Assembly (NCBI GenBank): GCA_963720545.1
Contig: OY970399.1
Span: 512,001 to 576,000 of the forward strand
Direction of reading: 5' to 3'
From: an uncultured Acidobacteriota bacterium
GTDB lineage: Bacteria; Acidobacteriota; Vicinamibacteria; Fen-336
Length of the DNA stretch: 64,000 nucleotides
Part shown: positions 1-9,138 of the stretch, in pieces
Numbering within the stretch: the stretch's first letter is position 1
Layout of the letters: the number at the start of each line of letters is the position of its first letter
Translations under genes and position numbers: made by a program
Notes under the pieces: model-generated
The model's input: the letters and a program-made list of their open reading frames with translations, nothing else
What the model was told of the DNA's origin: nothing
Database searches by the model: none

Positions 1-133
1 ACCAGTCGGTGATGTCGGCGCTCCTGTCGAGCGCGGTGATGGGCGCCTCGCGATGGCTCGCTGCCGAGGCAGCCATCGGAATAGCCAGGGACAGGGCCGC
101 GAGCGCGGCGGTCGAGCGCATCCATTTCTTCAT
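1..133 (-). CDS. DUF4331-family secreted protein, 5' part (runs off the window edge)
   Basis: Read manually, not in the ORF track. ATG at 133 with GGAG upstream gives MKKWMRSTAALAALSLAIPMAASAASHREAPITALDRSADITDW: a signal peptide followed by the SHREAP...DITD N-terminus typical of DUF4331. Confidence 0.8.
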   Translation of the reverse strand, partial: MKKWMRSTAALAALSLAIPMAASAASHREAPITALDRSADITDW

Positions 134-342
134 GCCGGATCTCCACCGATGCGGCCACGGAAGTGTGGCCGCCTGTCGTGGAATACGAGCCGACATCACA
201 CATCAGATTGGATACGGCCATCCGAGGGCGGGCCAAGAGGGTGGAACGCGCCCCCGGGAGGACGACCGTTCGGGGCCGCGGCTCGGTATCCGCCACACGA
301 GAAGCGGCACCGGAACTGCGGCTCCTGAGGCCGCCACACTAG

Positions 343-2271
343 ATGGTTGCGTCCCCCGGGAGCAACGTCAGTCTGCGGCGTGGGGTCGCTAAGCGCAGTG
401 GCTTGCGCCACACATGTGTTCTGCGCACATCCTATACTTCCGCCATCGCGCCCCTAGCGTTTCTCCTCTTCGCGCTTGCTGCCATTGTCGCGCCGGGCAT
501 CCAGCTGCAGCGGCGGCTGGGCGGCGGCGTGGATCCGGCGCTGGTCCTGCCGATCGGGTTCGTTTTCGCGTCGGCGGCCTACGGCGCCGCCAGCGTCTGC
601 GGGATACCCTGGGTCTTTGTATTGCTGACGCTGGCACCTTGTCTGGACCTCGTCTTGTGGCGAACGCCGTGGCGCACGGAGCCGTCGCCGGACCTGCGCG
701 GTGCGCTGCTGCCGATCGCCGCCATCGTCTGCCTCTTCGCCCTCACGGAGTATCGCCAGAACCGGGTCGCCGCGAACGGCGACTTCCTGTTCGACCGCGT
801 CGACCCGGAGGATCAGGCGTTCCACGCCGGCCTCACCCACGAGCTGAGCCACGGCTATCCGCCGCAGGTGCCCGGTCTCAGCGGCTATCCCCTGGCCTAC
901 CACTTCGGCTGGCCCTTCGTGCGCGCGGCGGCGGCCCGCTGGACCGGGCTCACGCCCTATGACCTGATGAGCCGCTACGACCTGACGCTCGCGGCGATTG
1001 CGCTTGTGTTGGCAGTGCGGGCCGCGACCGCGGCACTGGGCGGGTCGGCCCTGGCCGTGAACCTCGCTCCGTGGACGCTGCTGCTATGCGGATACTCCTG
1101 GGTGCTGAGCGCGCATCGCGCCGAGTGGTGGTTCGCTTCTTTTCCCGGCGAACTCCTTCCCGACCTGTTCCACGCGAATTCGGTGGTGCCGGCGCTCGCC
1201 ATAGGCGTCGGCTCCCTCCTGTGCGCAAGCCGCGGCAAGCTTGTGCTGGCGGCGCTGCTGGCGGCCGCCCTGCCCTTTTTCAAGATCTTCCTCGCTGCCC
1301 AGATTCTTGCCGGCCTCTGCGCCGCCTTCGTTTTGGTGAAGCGGCGCAGCGCGACGCTGGCCGTGGCGCTGCCGATGCTCGCCGCGACGCTCTTCCTGGT
1401 GGCGAGCGAAGAGGCGAACACCCGCGTGCGTGTGGCGCTCGAGTTTCTGGGGCCGGTGCTGCGCACGCGCCAGACTCTGCGCCTGGTCGCGCTTTCTGGC
1501 GCTTCGCTGCTCGCGTTCGCCGTCGTCTGGCTGGTGCTCTCGCTCGGTGCTCGGCTCCTGTGCGGCGGCGCGCTCTGGCGGGCCATGCGCTCGCAATCGC
1601 TCATCGCGGTAACCCTGGCGACGGCCGCGATCATCGGCTGGCCGCTTGGGCTCATCGTCACACTGCGCACCGCGGAGCCTTACGCGCGCGTCTTCCAGGC
1701 TGACGACGCTCTCTATTTCATGGACCAGAGCGGCCCGCTGCTCTGGATCTTCGCGGTGCTCTCGGTGGCAGCGTGGCGGTCGCGCGTTGCGCGCGGCCTG
1801 GGGCTGGCCGCCATGGCGCTCGCGCTGGTGTCTACCACGCAGTACGTTGCCCACAAGTGGCACCTCAGGCCGACGGTCATGCCGGCCGCGATGGTGCGGG
1901 CCATGACCGACCTGGCCGCCGATGCGCGTCCTGGCGACGTCGTACTCCAGGTCCCTGGCCCGAAGCGCTACCCGCCGCCGCCGCTGGTCCTGATCCCACT
2001 GCGTATCACCTACACGCAGACAATTCCCTACATGACCCAATTCGCGTCACGGGCCGACCTCGACACCCGCCTGGCCCTGGTGCGGCGCTTCTTCGCAACC
2101 GACAACGCGGCGGAAGCCCGCGAGATTGCGGCGCAACTGGGCGCGCGCTACTTCGCGCTGTACGGATCGGACACCGTCAACTTCGACCCGGCCGCGCACG
2201 CGGCCTTCCGCAACATCCACCGCGAGTCGAACGTCTCTGTCTACGCGATCCCGCCGCCGGCTTCGCCGTAG
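343..2271 (+). CDS. Polytopic membrane protein, possibly a GT-C-fold glycosyltransferase-like protein (start uncertain, maybe about 445)
   Basis: 642-aa ORF with more than 12 hydrophobic segments, a loop with D..FH and YH motifs, and a soluble C-terminal domain. The first ~34 codons look non-coding. Confidence 0.6.
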   Translation: MVASPGSNVSLRRGVAKRSGLRHTCVLRTSYTSAIAPLAFLLFALAAIVAPGIQLQRRLGGGVDPALVLPIGFVFASAAYGAASVCGIPWVFVLLTLAPCLDLVLWRTPWRTEPSPDLRGALLPIAAIVCLFALTEYRQNRVAANGDFLFDRVDPEDQAFHAGLTHELSHGYPPQVPGLSGYPLAYHFGWPFVRAAAARWTGLTPYDLMSRYDLTLAAIALVLAVRAATAALGGSALAVNLAPWTLLLCGYSWVLSAHRAEWWFASFPGELLPDLFHANSVVPALAIGVGSLLCASRGKLVLAALLAAALPFFKIFLAAQILAGLCAAFVLVKRRSATLAVALPMLAATLFLVASEEANTRVRVALEFLGPVLRTRQTLRLVALSGASLLAFAVVWLVLSLGARLLCGGALWRAMRSQSLIAVTLATAAIIGWPLGLIVTLRTAEPYARVFQADDALYFMDQSGPLLWIFAVLSVAAWRSRVARGLGLAAMALALVSTTQYVAHKWHLRPTVMPAAMVRAMTDLAADARPGDVVLQVPGPKRYPPPPLVLIPLRITYTQTIPYMTQFASRADLDTRLALVRRFFATDNAAEAREIAAQLGARYFALYGSDTVNFDPAAHAAFRNIHRESNVSVYAIPPPASP

Positions 2272-2273
2272 GC

Positions 2274-3527
2274 CTAGAGACGCAGCCTGAGGATGACGAT
2301 GTCCTTCATGCTGGCATCCGGCGTCAGCACACCCGCCGCATTCGTCTTGTCGATCTGCGTGTTGGCGACATAGAAGAAGTCGTCGCCACAGACAGCGCCA
2401 GTAGTCGGTACCGCGAAGAGCGGATTCCCCGACTCGAGGATTTCGGCGCGCGCGATCACCGTTGGTGCCGACAAGTGGTAGCGCATGACGCGGCCCGGGC
2501 CGATGCCGTTCTGGACGCCCACGAGGCTGTCGCGATGGAAGTAGAGGCCATCGATTCCGGCTGCAACGACGTCTTCAGAAACAGCGAGATCGGTCACTGC
2601 CTTCGTCTTCAGGTCCACTGCGGACAGCCCGCGTCCCGAGCTCGCCACATAGAGATGGCGGCTGTCGTCGGACACCGCGACTCCATTCGGTCCACGGAAA
2701 GTCCCCGGCGATATGAACACCTCCAGCTCCTTGAGAGCGGCGGAGAGCCGATAGATGGCACCGGTCGTGGTGTCGCTGAGATATGCGTTGCCGTCGGCAT
2801 CGAACGCCAGGTCGTTCAGCATGTGCGCCGTACCGCTGGGCAGCAGGTACTTTCCTGCCAGCGCGCCGGTGCGCAGGTCGAAGCGAAAGAGCCCCGAGTG
2901 TCCGTTCTCGTCCGGAAACTCAGGCCCGCCTGACGCCGCTGCCCACAACTCGTGGCGGCGCGAGTCCACCTTGATCCCGAGCACGCTCACCAGGCCGTCG
3001 CGCCGCGGCGCCACGAAGTCGCTGACGGCGCCCTTCGCATCCACACGCACGATCTTCCGCTTGAGGATGCTGCCCACGAAGAGGTTGCCGGTGGCGGCGT
3101 CGCACGCGATGCCCTCGGGGAAAAGGTCCGCTTCGCGCAGCAGCGCCGCACGCTCGCTGCGGCTCACGCGCGGCGTGTGGCGTTCGAACGAGGCGACCAG
3201 CTCGTCATATCCAGGAAGCTTCGCGAACGCCGGATCGACGCCGGGATCGAACCCCAATCCCCTCTCGGCCAGGCCACGCAGCAGCGGCAGAGCCTTTGCG
3301 CCCTCGCCGCCATGCACGTAGACCTGCGTCAGGTTGAAGAGGGTTGCCGGATCGCGAGGCGAGATCGCGAGCGCGCCCTGCAACGCTTCGGCAGCGCACT
3401 TCCAATCGGCCTTGCCCGAGCACGCCGCCGCCCTGTCCAGAAACGGCATGAGCGCTTTCCGGGACCGCGGCGCCGCTTCCGGACCCATCAGGAGAGAGGC
3501 GCAAAGCCAACTTGCGAGGATTGTCAT
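2274..3527 (-). CDS. Secreted TPR + SMP-30/gluconolactonase-like beta-propeller protein
   Basis: Signal peptide, TPR-like helices, then propeller repeats (FPEGIA, LNDLAFDADGNAYLSDT, GPNGVA, GIDGL). Confidence 0.8.
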   Translation of the reverse strand: MTILASWLCASLLMGPEAAPRSRKALMPFLDRAAACSGKADWKCAAEALQGALAISPRDPATLFNLTQVYVHGGEGAKALPLLRGLAERGLGFDPGVDPAFAKLPGYDELVASFERHTPRVSRSERAALLREADLFPEGIACDAATGNLFVGSILKRKIVRVDAKGAVSDFVAPRRDGLVSVLGIKVDSRRHELWAAASGGPEFPDENGHSGLFRFDLRTGALAGKYLLPSGTAHMLNDLAFDADGNAYLSDTTTGAIYRLSAALKELEVFISPGTFRGPNGVAVSDDSRHLYVASSGRGLSAVDLKTKAVTDLAVSEDVVAAGIDGLYFHRDSLVGVQNGIGPGRVMRYHLSAPTVIARAEILESGNPLFAVPTTGAVCGDDFFYVANTQIDKTNAAGVLTPDASMKDIVILRLRL

Positions 3528-3593
3528 GACCGCAGCCTACCCCGCCCGGCGTGCTTGAATCCGGGAACGGTGTGGCCAACAATCGAACCGTCC

Positions 3594-3833
3594 ATGCCGT
3601 TCAAGAGCAAGGCCCAGCGCCGCAAGTTCGCCCAGCTCCTCGTCGAGGGCAAGATCTCCGACGAGGTCTACGAGGAGTGGAACCGCTCCACTGGCCGCAA
3701 GGAACTGCCGGAGAGACTCCACCCCGAGGCAAAGGGCAAGAAAAAGACTGCCCGCAAGAAGGCGCCCCGCAAGTCGCCGCGCAAACGCACGAAACGCCGC
3801 GCCGCTAGGACGCCTTCTTCGTTATCCACATGA
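3594..3833 (+). CDS. Small basic hypothetical protein (79 aa, MPFKSKAQRRKF...) with a Lys/Arg-rich tail
   Basis: ATG at 3594 within ORF 2952..3833. Codon usage fits the genome, and the ORF fills the gap between two minus-strand genes. Confidence 0.75.
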   Translation: MPFKSKAQRRKFAQLLVEGKISDEVYEEWNRSTGRKELPERLHPEAKGKKKTARKKAPRKSPRKRTKRRAARTPSSLST

Positions 3834-4242
3834 CGAGCGACGCCACGCCCCACAGGATAAGCGTCGGCATGACGATGCCGATCGTGAGGTGGGCGGCGAG
3901 GTGGACGATCGGACTCATCCCGAAGGTGTACTCGGGCGCGGCGTAGGAGTTTGGCATGCCCGCCATCGCGAGCACGATGCCGAGAACGGCGATCAACTGC
4001 TGCACGAACATCTGGATCGCCACGAGCGGCAGGAGGTGCTGATAGGTGCCGAAGCGTCGCTTGAACGCGAAGTATCCGTAATAAATGGCCCCCGCCCAGC
4101 TGATGACGTTCATCGACAGGAACGACGCCGCATGGCCTACTCCGGCGAGCGACACGAGGAGCCGCGCGAAGCCGACGATCGCCAGCAGCAGCAGCACCGG
4201 CCTCTGGAACGCGATGTATTCCGACAGCTTCTTGCCGAACAT
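3805..4242 (-). CDS. Hypothetical four-TM membrane protein
   Basis: ATG at 4242 preceded by AGGAGG; four hydrophobic helices. Confidence 0.75.
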   Translation of the reverse strand: MFGKKLSEYIAFQRPVLLLLAIVGFARLLVSLAGVGHAASFLSMNVISWAGAIYYGYFAFKRRFGTYQHLLPLVAIQMFVQQLIAVLGIVLAMAGMPNSYAAPEYTFGMSPIVHLAAHLTIGIVMPTLILWGVASLVMWITKKAS

Positions 4243-4258
4243 CCTGTTACCTCCTGAA

Positions 4259-4489
4259 TCAGCCGGCTGAGTGTACTCGCCTGGTCGATGCCGGATGGCG
4301 TGCCAGCCGGTCAGCTGGCCGACGCGGCCGCTGCAGCACTTCGCCCGTGCAGTTCGGGCAGCGTCCCTGCAGCGGGCCAGCAACGCACTCCCGGCAGAAC
4401 GTGCACTCGAACGTGCAGATCATCGCGTCCTGGGACTCCGGCGGCAAATCGCGGTCGCACCGTTCGCAGTTGGGACGCAGCTCGAGCAC
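4259..4489 (-). CDS. DUF1272-family Cys-rich (zinc-ribbon-like) protein
   Basis: MLELRPNCERCDRDLPP...ICTFECTFC..C...CPNC.GE..RP.RP pattern; GTG start 6 nt after a TACGAT -10-like box. Confidence 0.88.
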   Translation of the reverse strand: MLELRPNCERCDRDLPPESQDAMICTFECTFCRECVAGPLQGRCPNCTGEVLQRPRRPADRLARHPASTRRVHSAG

Positions 4490-4571
4490 GGGCAGATCGT
4501 ACGGTCTGCAACGCCCGGCCACAAGGACCACTCGCCGCCCGAGTTACCCAGCCGGATAGGGCCGGAAAGGC

Positions 4572-6194
4572 TCACCTTGTCAGGCGCTTGACCTCGCTAC
4601 CGTCGCCGGTCATCTGCCAGCGGATCAACGATACCGGGATGAGGCCGGCTGCGTTGAACTCGTCCATGAATTCGCGCAGCGAGAACTTGTCGCCGAGGGT
4701 GCGCTGGCGCTCCATCAACAGGCGCTCGATCTGGGCCTTGCCGGTGAGGTAGCTCGACCCGTAGCCCGGCTGCTCCAGGTACAGGAGCTGTTCCATCCAG
4801 TTGGTGTCGCCGTCTTCCTTGAGCCAGCCGTTCGGGGTCCAGTCGTGCGCGAACTTGCGGGCTTCGTCGGCCGTGAACTCGCGGCTGTTCTGGCGCAGGC
4901 CGGCGAGGCCGCGGGCGGCGCGGTTCGCGACCAGGATCGAGACCAGTTCCTTCGCACGCGGATGCTTCTCGAAGAGGCCGGCGTTCATCATCATCTCTTC
5001 GTTGCCCGTCGCGAAGCCTTCGGCGCGGCTGTCCCAGATGTTGTAGAGCAGCGGGCCGCGGCGGATCTCGCTTGGGTGAGGCTCCTTCGCCATGCGCGCG
5101 AGGTCGAACCAGTGCGAGCCGTGGCAGCGCATCACGAGCGGGTCGCGGAAATCCACCTGCGCGAAGAAGTCGCGGTCGGCGGGTTCCTGGTAGCCGCCCG
5201 CGCGTTCGCGCAGCGAAGGGTCCATGTAGGGCTTGATCGTCAGCACCTCGTTCGTCTCGAGGAACTTCATGTACTCGCTGACGGCTTCGGCGTACGCCGC
5301 CTGGTACGCCGCGGCCGATGCAATCGGCTGCAATTCCGGACGCGCGCGGTTGAGGTTGCGCTGCAGCGCCAGCTGCGCGCCGGCGCGCGCCAGCTCACGC
5401 TCGTGCAGGGCGCGGTCGTCCTCCCAGGTGTAGGGCGAGAGGTGCACCTTGCGCATGTACCAGTCGTAGTCGGCCCTGCCGATGCCCGACGGGCCGGTCA
5501 TGGACGGCGCCTTCCTCTCGAGCCAGGCCGAGAAGTCGTCCACGGCGGCTCGCGCCCGCTCGGCGTCCGGCACGAGCTCGGGATGGTGCTTGCGCAGCGT
5601 CTCGACCAGCTCGCCGAGGATCCTGCTCTCGGCCTTCTTCTGGCGGATGCCGAAGCGCCACAGGTCGGTGGCGCCTTCCACGAGGTTGCCCTTCGCCTGC
5701 GCGAGCGTCCCCGGCACCGCGCGCAGCCAGGTGCGGAACGCGCCGATGCGGTCGGCAGGAATCGGGAACGAATACGTCCACAGGTCGATGGCGGCCGCCT
5801 GGCCGTGTCCCTCGTGAGCCGGCGTGTCGGACTGTTCGACCCAGAGGACACGGTAGAAGCACGGGTTGCGCGACCACGGGCGCAGCACCCGGTGGTCGAA
5901 GTCGAGCCCGTTCATCTCGGCGCGCACCAGCTGCCAATCGACCTGCTCGGGGATGCTCCAGCCGTCGGGCCGCAGCGCCTCGAGGCGGGCCACCAATCGG
6001 GCGAGCCCGGCGTGCTGCCGCTTCATGGCCGCCGCGGTGTAATCGGGAACACCGTCCGTGATCTGCGGCGGCTGGAAGGCGCGCCATTCGGCGAACAGCT
6101 TGACGAGGTCCTGGTGCGTGCCGCCTGCGGCGGTCACCGCAGTCGCTGCGGAGAGCGACAAGAGCATGGCAACGACAAGTGCGCACGGTCGCAT
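4572..6194 (-). CDS. DUF885-family secreted protein
   Basis: AAGGAG RBS and ATG at 6194, signal peptide, C-terminal EG.A..EE and PGY..SY..GK..I...F.L.EF.D.F...G.IP motifs. Confidence 0.75.
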   Translation of the reverse strand: MRPCALVVAMLLSLSAATAVTAAGGTHQDLVKLFAEWRAFQPPQITDGVPDYTAAAMKRQHAGLARLVARLEALRPDGWSIPEQVDWQLVRAEMNGLDFDHRVLRPWSRNPCFYRVLWVEQSDTPAHEGHGQAAAIDLWTYSFPIPADRIGAFRTWLRAVPGTLAQAKGNLVEGATDLWRFGIRQKKAESRILGELVETLRKHHPELVPDAERARAAVDDFSAWLERKAPSMTGPSGIGRADYDWYMRKVHLSPYTWEDDRALHERELARAGAQLALQRNLNRARPELQPIASAAAYQAAYAEAVSEYMKFLETNEVLTIKPYMDPSLRERAGGYQEPADRDFFAQVDFRDPLVMRCHGSHWFDLARMAKEPHPSEIRRGPLLYNIWDSRAEGFATGNEEMMMNAGLFEKHPRAKELVSILVANRAARGLAGLRQNSREFTADEARKFAHDWTPNGWLKEDGDTNWMEQLLYLEQPGYGSSYLTGKAQIERLLMERQRTLGDKFSLREFMDEFNAAGLIPVSLIRWQMTGDGSEVKRLTR

Positions 6195-6219
6195 CGGCGG
6201 TCTCCTTCGCGGCAGGCGT

Positions 6220-7212
6220 TCACAGCGTGCGGCCAATACCCCTTTCGCGCGCCCGCGCGTAGGTGTGCAGCGCGATCGACGTGTCCTGGATGCCGAGCCC
6301 GGTCAGGTCGCAGACGGTCACCTGCGCGTCTGCGGTTCGCCCCTTGCGCGTGCCGGCGCAGAGAGCGCTCATCTCCACGACCCGCTCGTCGTCGAGGTTC
6401 GCCGCGGGTGTGGCGTGCTGCAGCTCGCCGAGGCGTGCGCTCTGCGAGCGCAGGTCTACGCCGATGAGGTCGGCCTTCACCAGCACCTCTTCGTCGAGCT
6501 CCTGCTTGCCCGCGCCGTCCGAGCCTACGGCCGTGATGTGGAGTCCGGGGTGCAGGTGCTCGGCGCGCACCAGCGGCTCGCGCGCGCCGGTGGTCGTCAC
6601 CATGATGTCGCAGGCGGCGGCGAGCTCGGCGAGCGTCGCGGCAACCGTCACCGGGATGCCCAGCTCGGCCTGCATCTCGCTCGCCACCTCCGCCGCGGCC
6701 TCCGGACGGCGGCCGAACACCAGAGCGCGCTCGATCCCGCGCACCAGGCGCAGCGCCCGCAGCTGGAAACGCGCCTGCACGCCCGTGCCGACGATGCCCG
6801 CGACAGCGGCATTGCCGCGCGCCAGGTATTTTGCCGCAAGCGCGCCGGCGATGGCGGTGCGCAGGTTGGTGAGGTAGCCGTTGTCGGCGAGCAGAGCCAT
6901 CGGGAAGCCGGTCTCTGCGGACATCAACAGCATGACGCCGCTGCCCAGCGGCAGGCCGCGCTCCTTGTTGGTGCCGAAGCCGCTCGCGATCTTCACGGCG
7001 AAACCCGGCAGCCCCTTGGCGTAGGCCGTCTTGATGTGGATCTCAGCGCGGCGCTCTTTCACGTGGATGCCCATCGGCGGCGGCACCATCACCTCGCCTT
7101 TCCGGGCAAGGCGCGCGAAGCCGTCGGCAACGGCGGCGAGCGCTGCGTCGTCGAGCGCGGCGATGCTCCGGATCTCGGCTTCGTTCAAGACCAGCAGCGG
7201 CGAATCGCTCAT
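6220..7212 (-). CDS. Ornithine cyclodeaminase / mu-crystallin family protein
   Basis: ATG at 7212; motifs LT.LRTA, G.G.QAR.Q, H.TAVGSD..GKQEL, DLTGLGIQD. Confidence 0.9.
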   Translation of the reverse strand: MSDSPLLVLNEAEIRSIAALDDAALAAVADGFARLARKGEVMVPPPMGIHVKERRAEIHIKTAYAKGLPGFAVKIASGFGTNKERGLPLGSGVMLLMSAETGFPMALLADNGYLTNLRTAIAGALAAKYLARGNAAVAGIVGTGVQARFQLRALRLVRGIERALVFGRRPEAAAEVASEMQAELGIPVTVAATLAELAAACDIMVTTTGAREPLVRAEHLHPGLHITAVGSDGAGKQELDEEVLVKADLIGVDLRSQSARLGELQHATPAANLDDERVVEMSALCAGTRKGRTADAQVTVCDLTGLGIQDTSIALHTYARARERGIGRTL

Positions 7213-7214
7213 CG

Positions 7215-9032
7215 TCACAGCCCACCCGCGCGGCCGCCGCGGCGCGGATCGGTGCTGGCGTTGAGGCCGCCCGCGTCGCGCCACGCCTGCTGATACGAGC
7301 CCATGTGGAAGTCGTAAGGCGGCAGCGGCCGCAGCTTGCCGCCCAGCTTCGCGAGGTCGCGCAGCACCCTCTCGCCGATGCGCGACTCTATCTGGATGGT
7401 GTAGTCGCTCTCCATCGGCAGCATCCGCGGCAGCACCGCGGCGTCGTACGGCGCGTAGTCGTAGTCGAGCGCGTTCGAGATCATCTGCGGCACGGTGCAG
7501 TGCACGTTGCCGGGCGAGCCCAGCGAACGCACCGGCTGGCCGTCCTTGAAGATGATGGTGTTGCTCATGACCGAGCGCATGCGGCTGCCCGGCACGCCGA
7601 GCCAGCCGGAAATGGCGCCGTCCATCGTGAAGTCGGCGTGGCTGCCGATCATCGGCACCCCGCCCACCACCATGCCGGGGATGCCGCCCGACTGCAGCGT
7701 GTTCATCATCTGCACCCAGTTGCCTTCGGCATCGACGCACGACAGCTCGCAGCTGCCCGAGGGCTGCGCCGGTTGCTTCGCGCCGCTCGTCACCGACCAG
7801 CCGAACGCCTGCAGCTGGAACGGGTTGGTCGTCAGCTCGACGTGCTTCGTCAGGTCCACGCCCTTCTTCGGCAGCGACGCCTTCAGGATGGTCGCGAGGT
7901 TCGCCTGGTACTCGTCCGACAGCCACACGTCGGACGGCACGCCGAAGAACTCGGGATCGTGCAGGTGGCCGAGTTCGTAGTGCGCGCGGCGCAGCGCCTG
8001 CGCCATGAAGTAGAGGCTCTCGGCCGATTCGGTGTAGTGGCCGAGGCGTGACACGTCCACATGGCGCAGGATGCCGAGCACCAAGGCGCAGTAAAGCCCC
8101 TGGCGCTCGGGCGGTGCTGTCTGCACGATTTCGTAAGCCTTGTGGCGATAGCGCAGCGGTTCCACCCAGCGCGGCGGGTTGCTCGAGAGGTCCTCGAGCT
8201 TCACTTCCCAGCCGAGCTTGTTGCCGAGCGCCACGAAGTCGCGCGCCCAGCCTCCCTTGGTGAAATGGTCCGGGCCTTCGTCGGCGAGCGCTCGCAGCGT
8301 CTTGGCAAGAGCCGGGTTGCGCAGCTTCTCGCCGACGGACGGCGTGAAGCCGTTCGGCGCGTAGAGCGCGCGCATCTCGGGAAACCAGGTGTTGCCTTCC
8401 AGTTCGAACTCGAGCACGGCGCGCTGGAACTCGTCCACCGGGAAGCCGTCCTCGGCCCAGGGGATTGCCGGCGCCACCACCGCCTTCCACGGCTTGGCAC
8501 CGAACTTCTCGTGCATCGCGCGCATGCCCGGCATGAAGCCCGGAATGCAGGCCATCGGCGCGCCGGCGGCAACGCCGCCGAGGCCGGGCGGATAAGGACG
8601 AAACGGCGGCAGCGTCGGGTGCAGCGTGCCCATGCTGTTGAGCTGGTACGTCTTCCCCGTTTTCGCTTCCCAGTAGAGCCAGCTCACGGTGCCGGTGTGG
8701 TTCGTCATCTCGGGCTGCACGGTCGCCTGGGTGATGCAGCCGGCGACTGTGGCATCGACGGCGTTGCCGCCGGCGGCGAGGATGTCGAGCATGGTCTGGG
8801 TGACGATGGGGCTCTGGCTCGCGGCAACCGCCTTGCGGCCGCGGATCACTTCCTTGGGGCCTTGATGCTCGAGCACCAGCGCAGGCGCTCCGCTCGCGGG
8901 CTTCCGCGGCGCCGCTGCGGCGCTGTCGCCGGCCGCGAGACCCGCGCCGCCGGCGGCGGCGATCGAGACGCCGGCTTTTCTCAGGAAGTCCCTGCGCTGC
9001 GTGGCCATCGTCTTTGTCTCCGTTCGCTCCAT
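7215..9032 (-). CDS. Tat-exported gamma-glutamyltransferase-family (Ntn-hydrolase) protein
   Basis: RRDFLR twin-arginine signal; GGNAVDA, IPG, A..AEDGF, GSPG and DPRRGG motifs of the GGT family. Confidence 0.88.
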   Translation of the reverse strand: MERTETKTMATQRRDFLRKAGVSIAAAGGAGLAAGDSAAAAPRKPASGAPALVLEHQGPKEVIRGRKAVAASQSPIVTQTMLDILAAGGNAVDATVAGCITQATVQPEMTNHTGTVSWLYWEAKTGKTYQLNSMGTLHPTLPPFRPYPPGLGGVAAGAPMACIPGFMPGMRAMHEKFGAKPWKAVVAPAIPWAEDGFPVDEFQRAVLEFELEGNTWFPEMRALYAPNGFTPSVGEKLRNPALAKTLRALADEGPDHFTKGGWARDFVALGNKLGWEVKLEDLSSNPPRWVEPLRYRHKAYEIVQTAPPERQGLYCALVLGILRHVDVSRLGHYTESAESLYFMAQALRRAHYELGHLHDPEFFGVPSDVWLSDEYQANLATILKASLPKKGVDLTKHVELTTNPFQLQAFGWSVTSGAKQPAQPSGSCELSCVDAEGNWVQMMNTLQSGGIPGMVVGGVPMIGSHADFTMDGAISGWLGVPGSRMRSVMSNTIIFKDGQPVRSLGSPGNVHCTVPQMISNALDYDYAPYDAAVLPRMLPMESDYTIQIESRIGERVLRDLAKLGGKLRPLPPYDFHMGSYQQAWRDAGGLNASTDPRRGGRAGGL

Positions 9033-9138
9033 GAACCTGTTGTCTCTCCCTGGGCGTCGCCGTCCGCCGTGACGGCGCAGCGTATCATTCTCTTCAATAC
9101 CAAGACTTCATCGCAATGAACCCTGGAGAGAGCGACCA

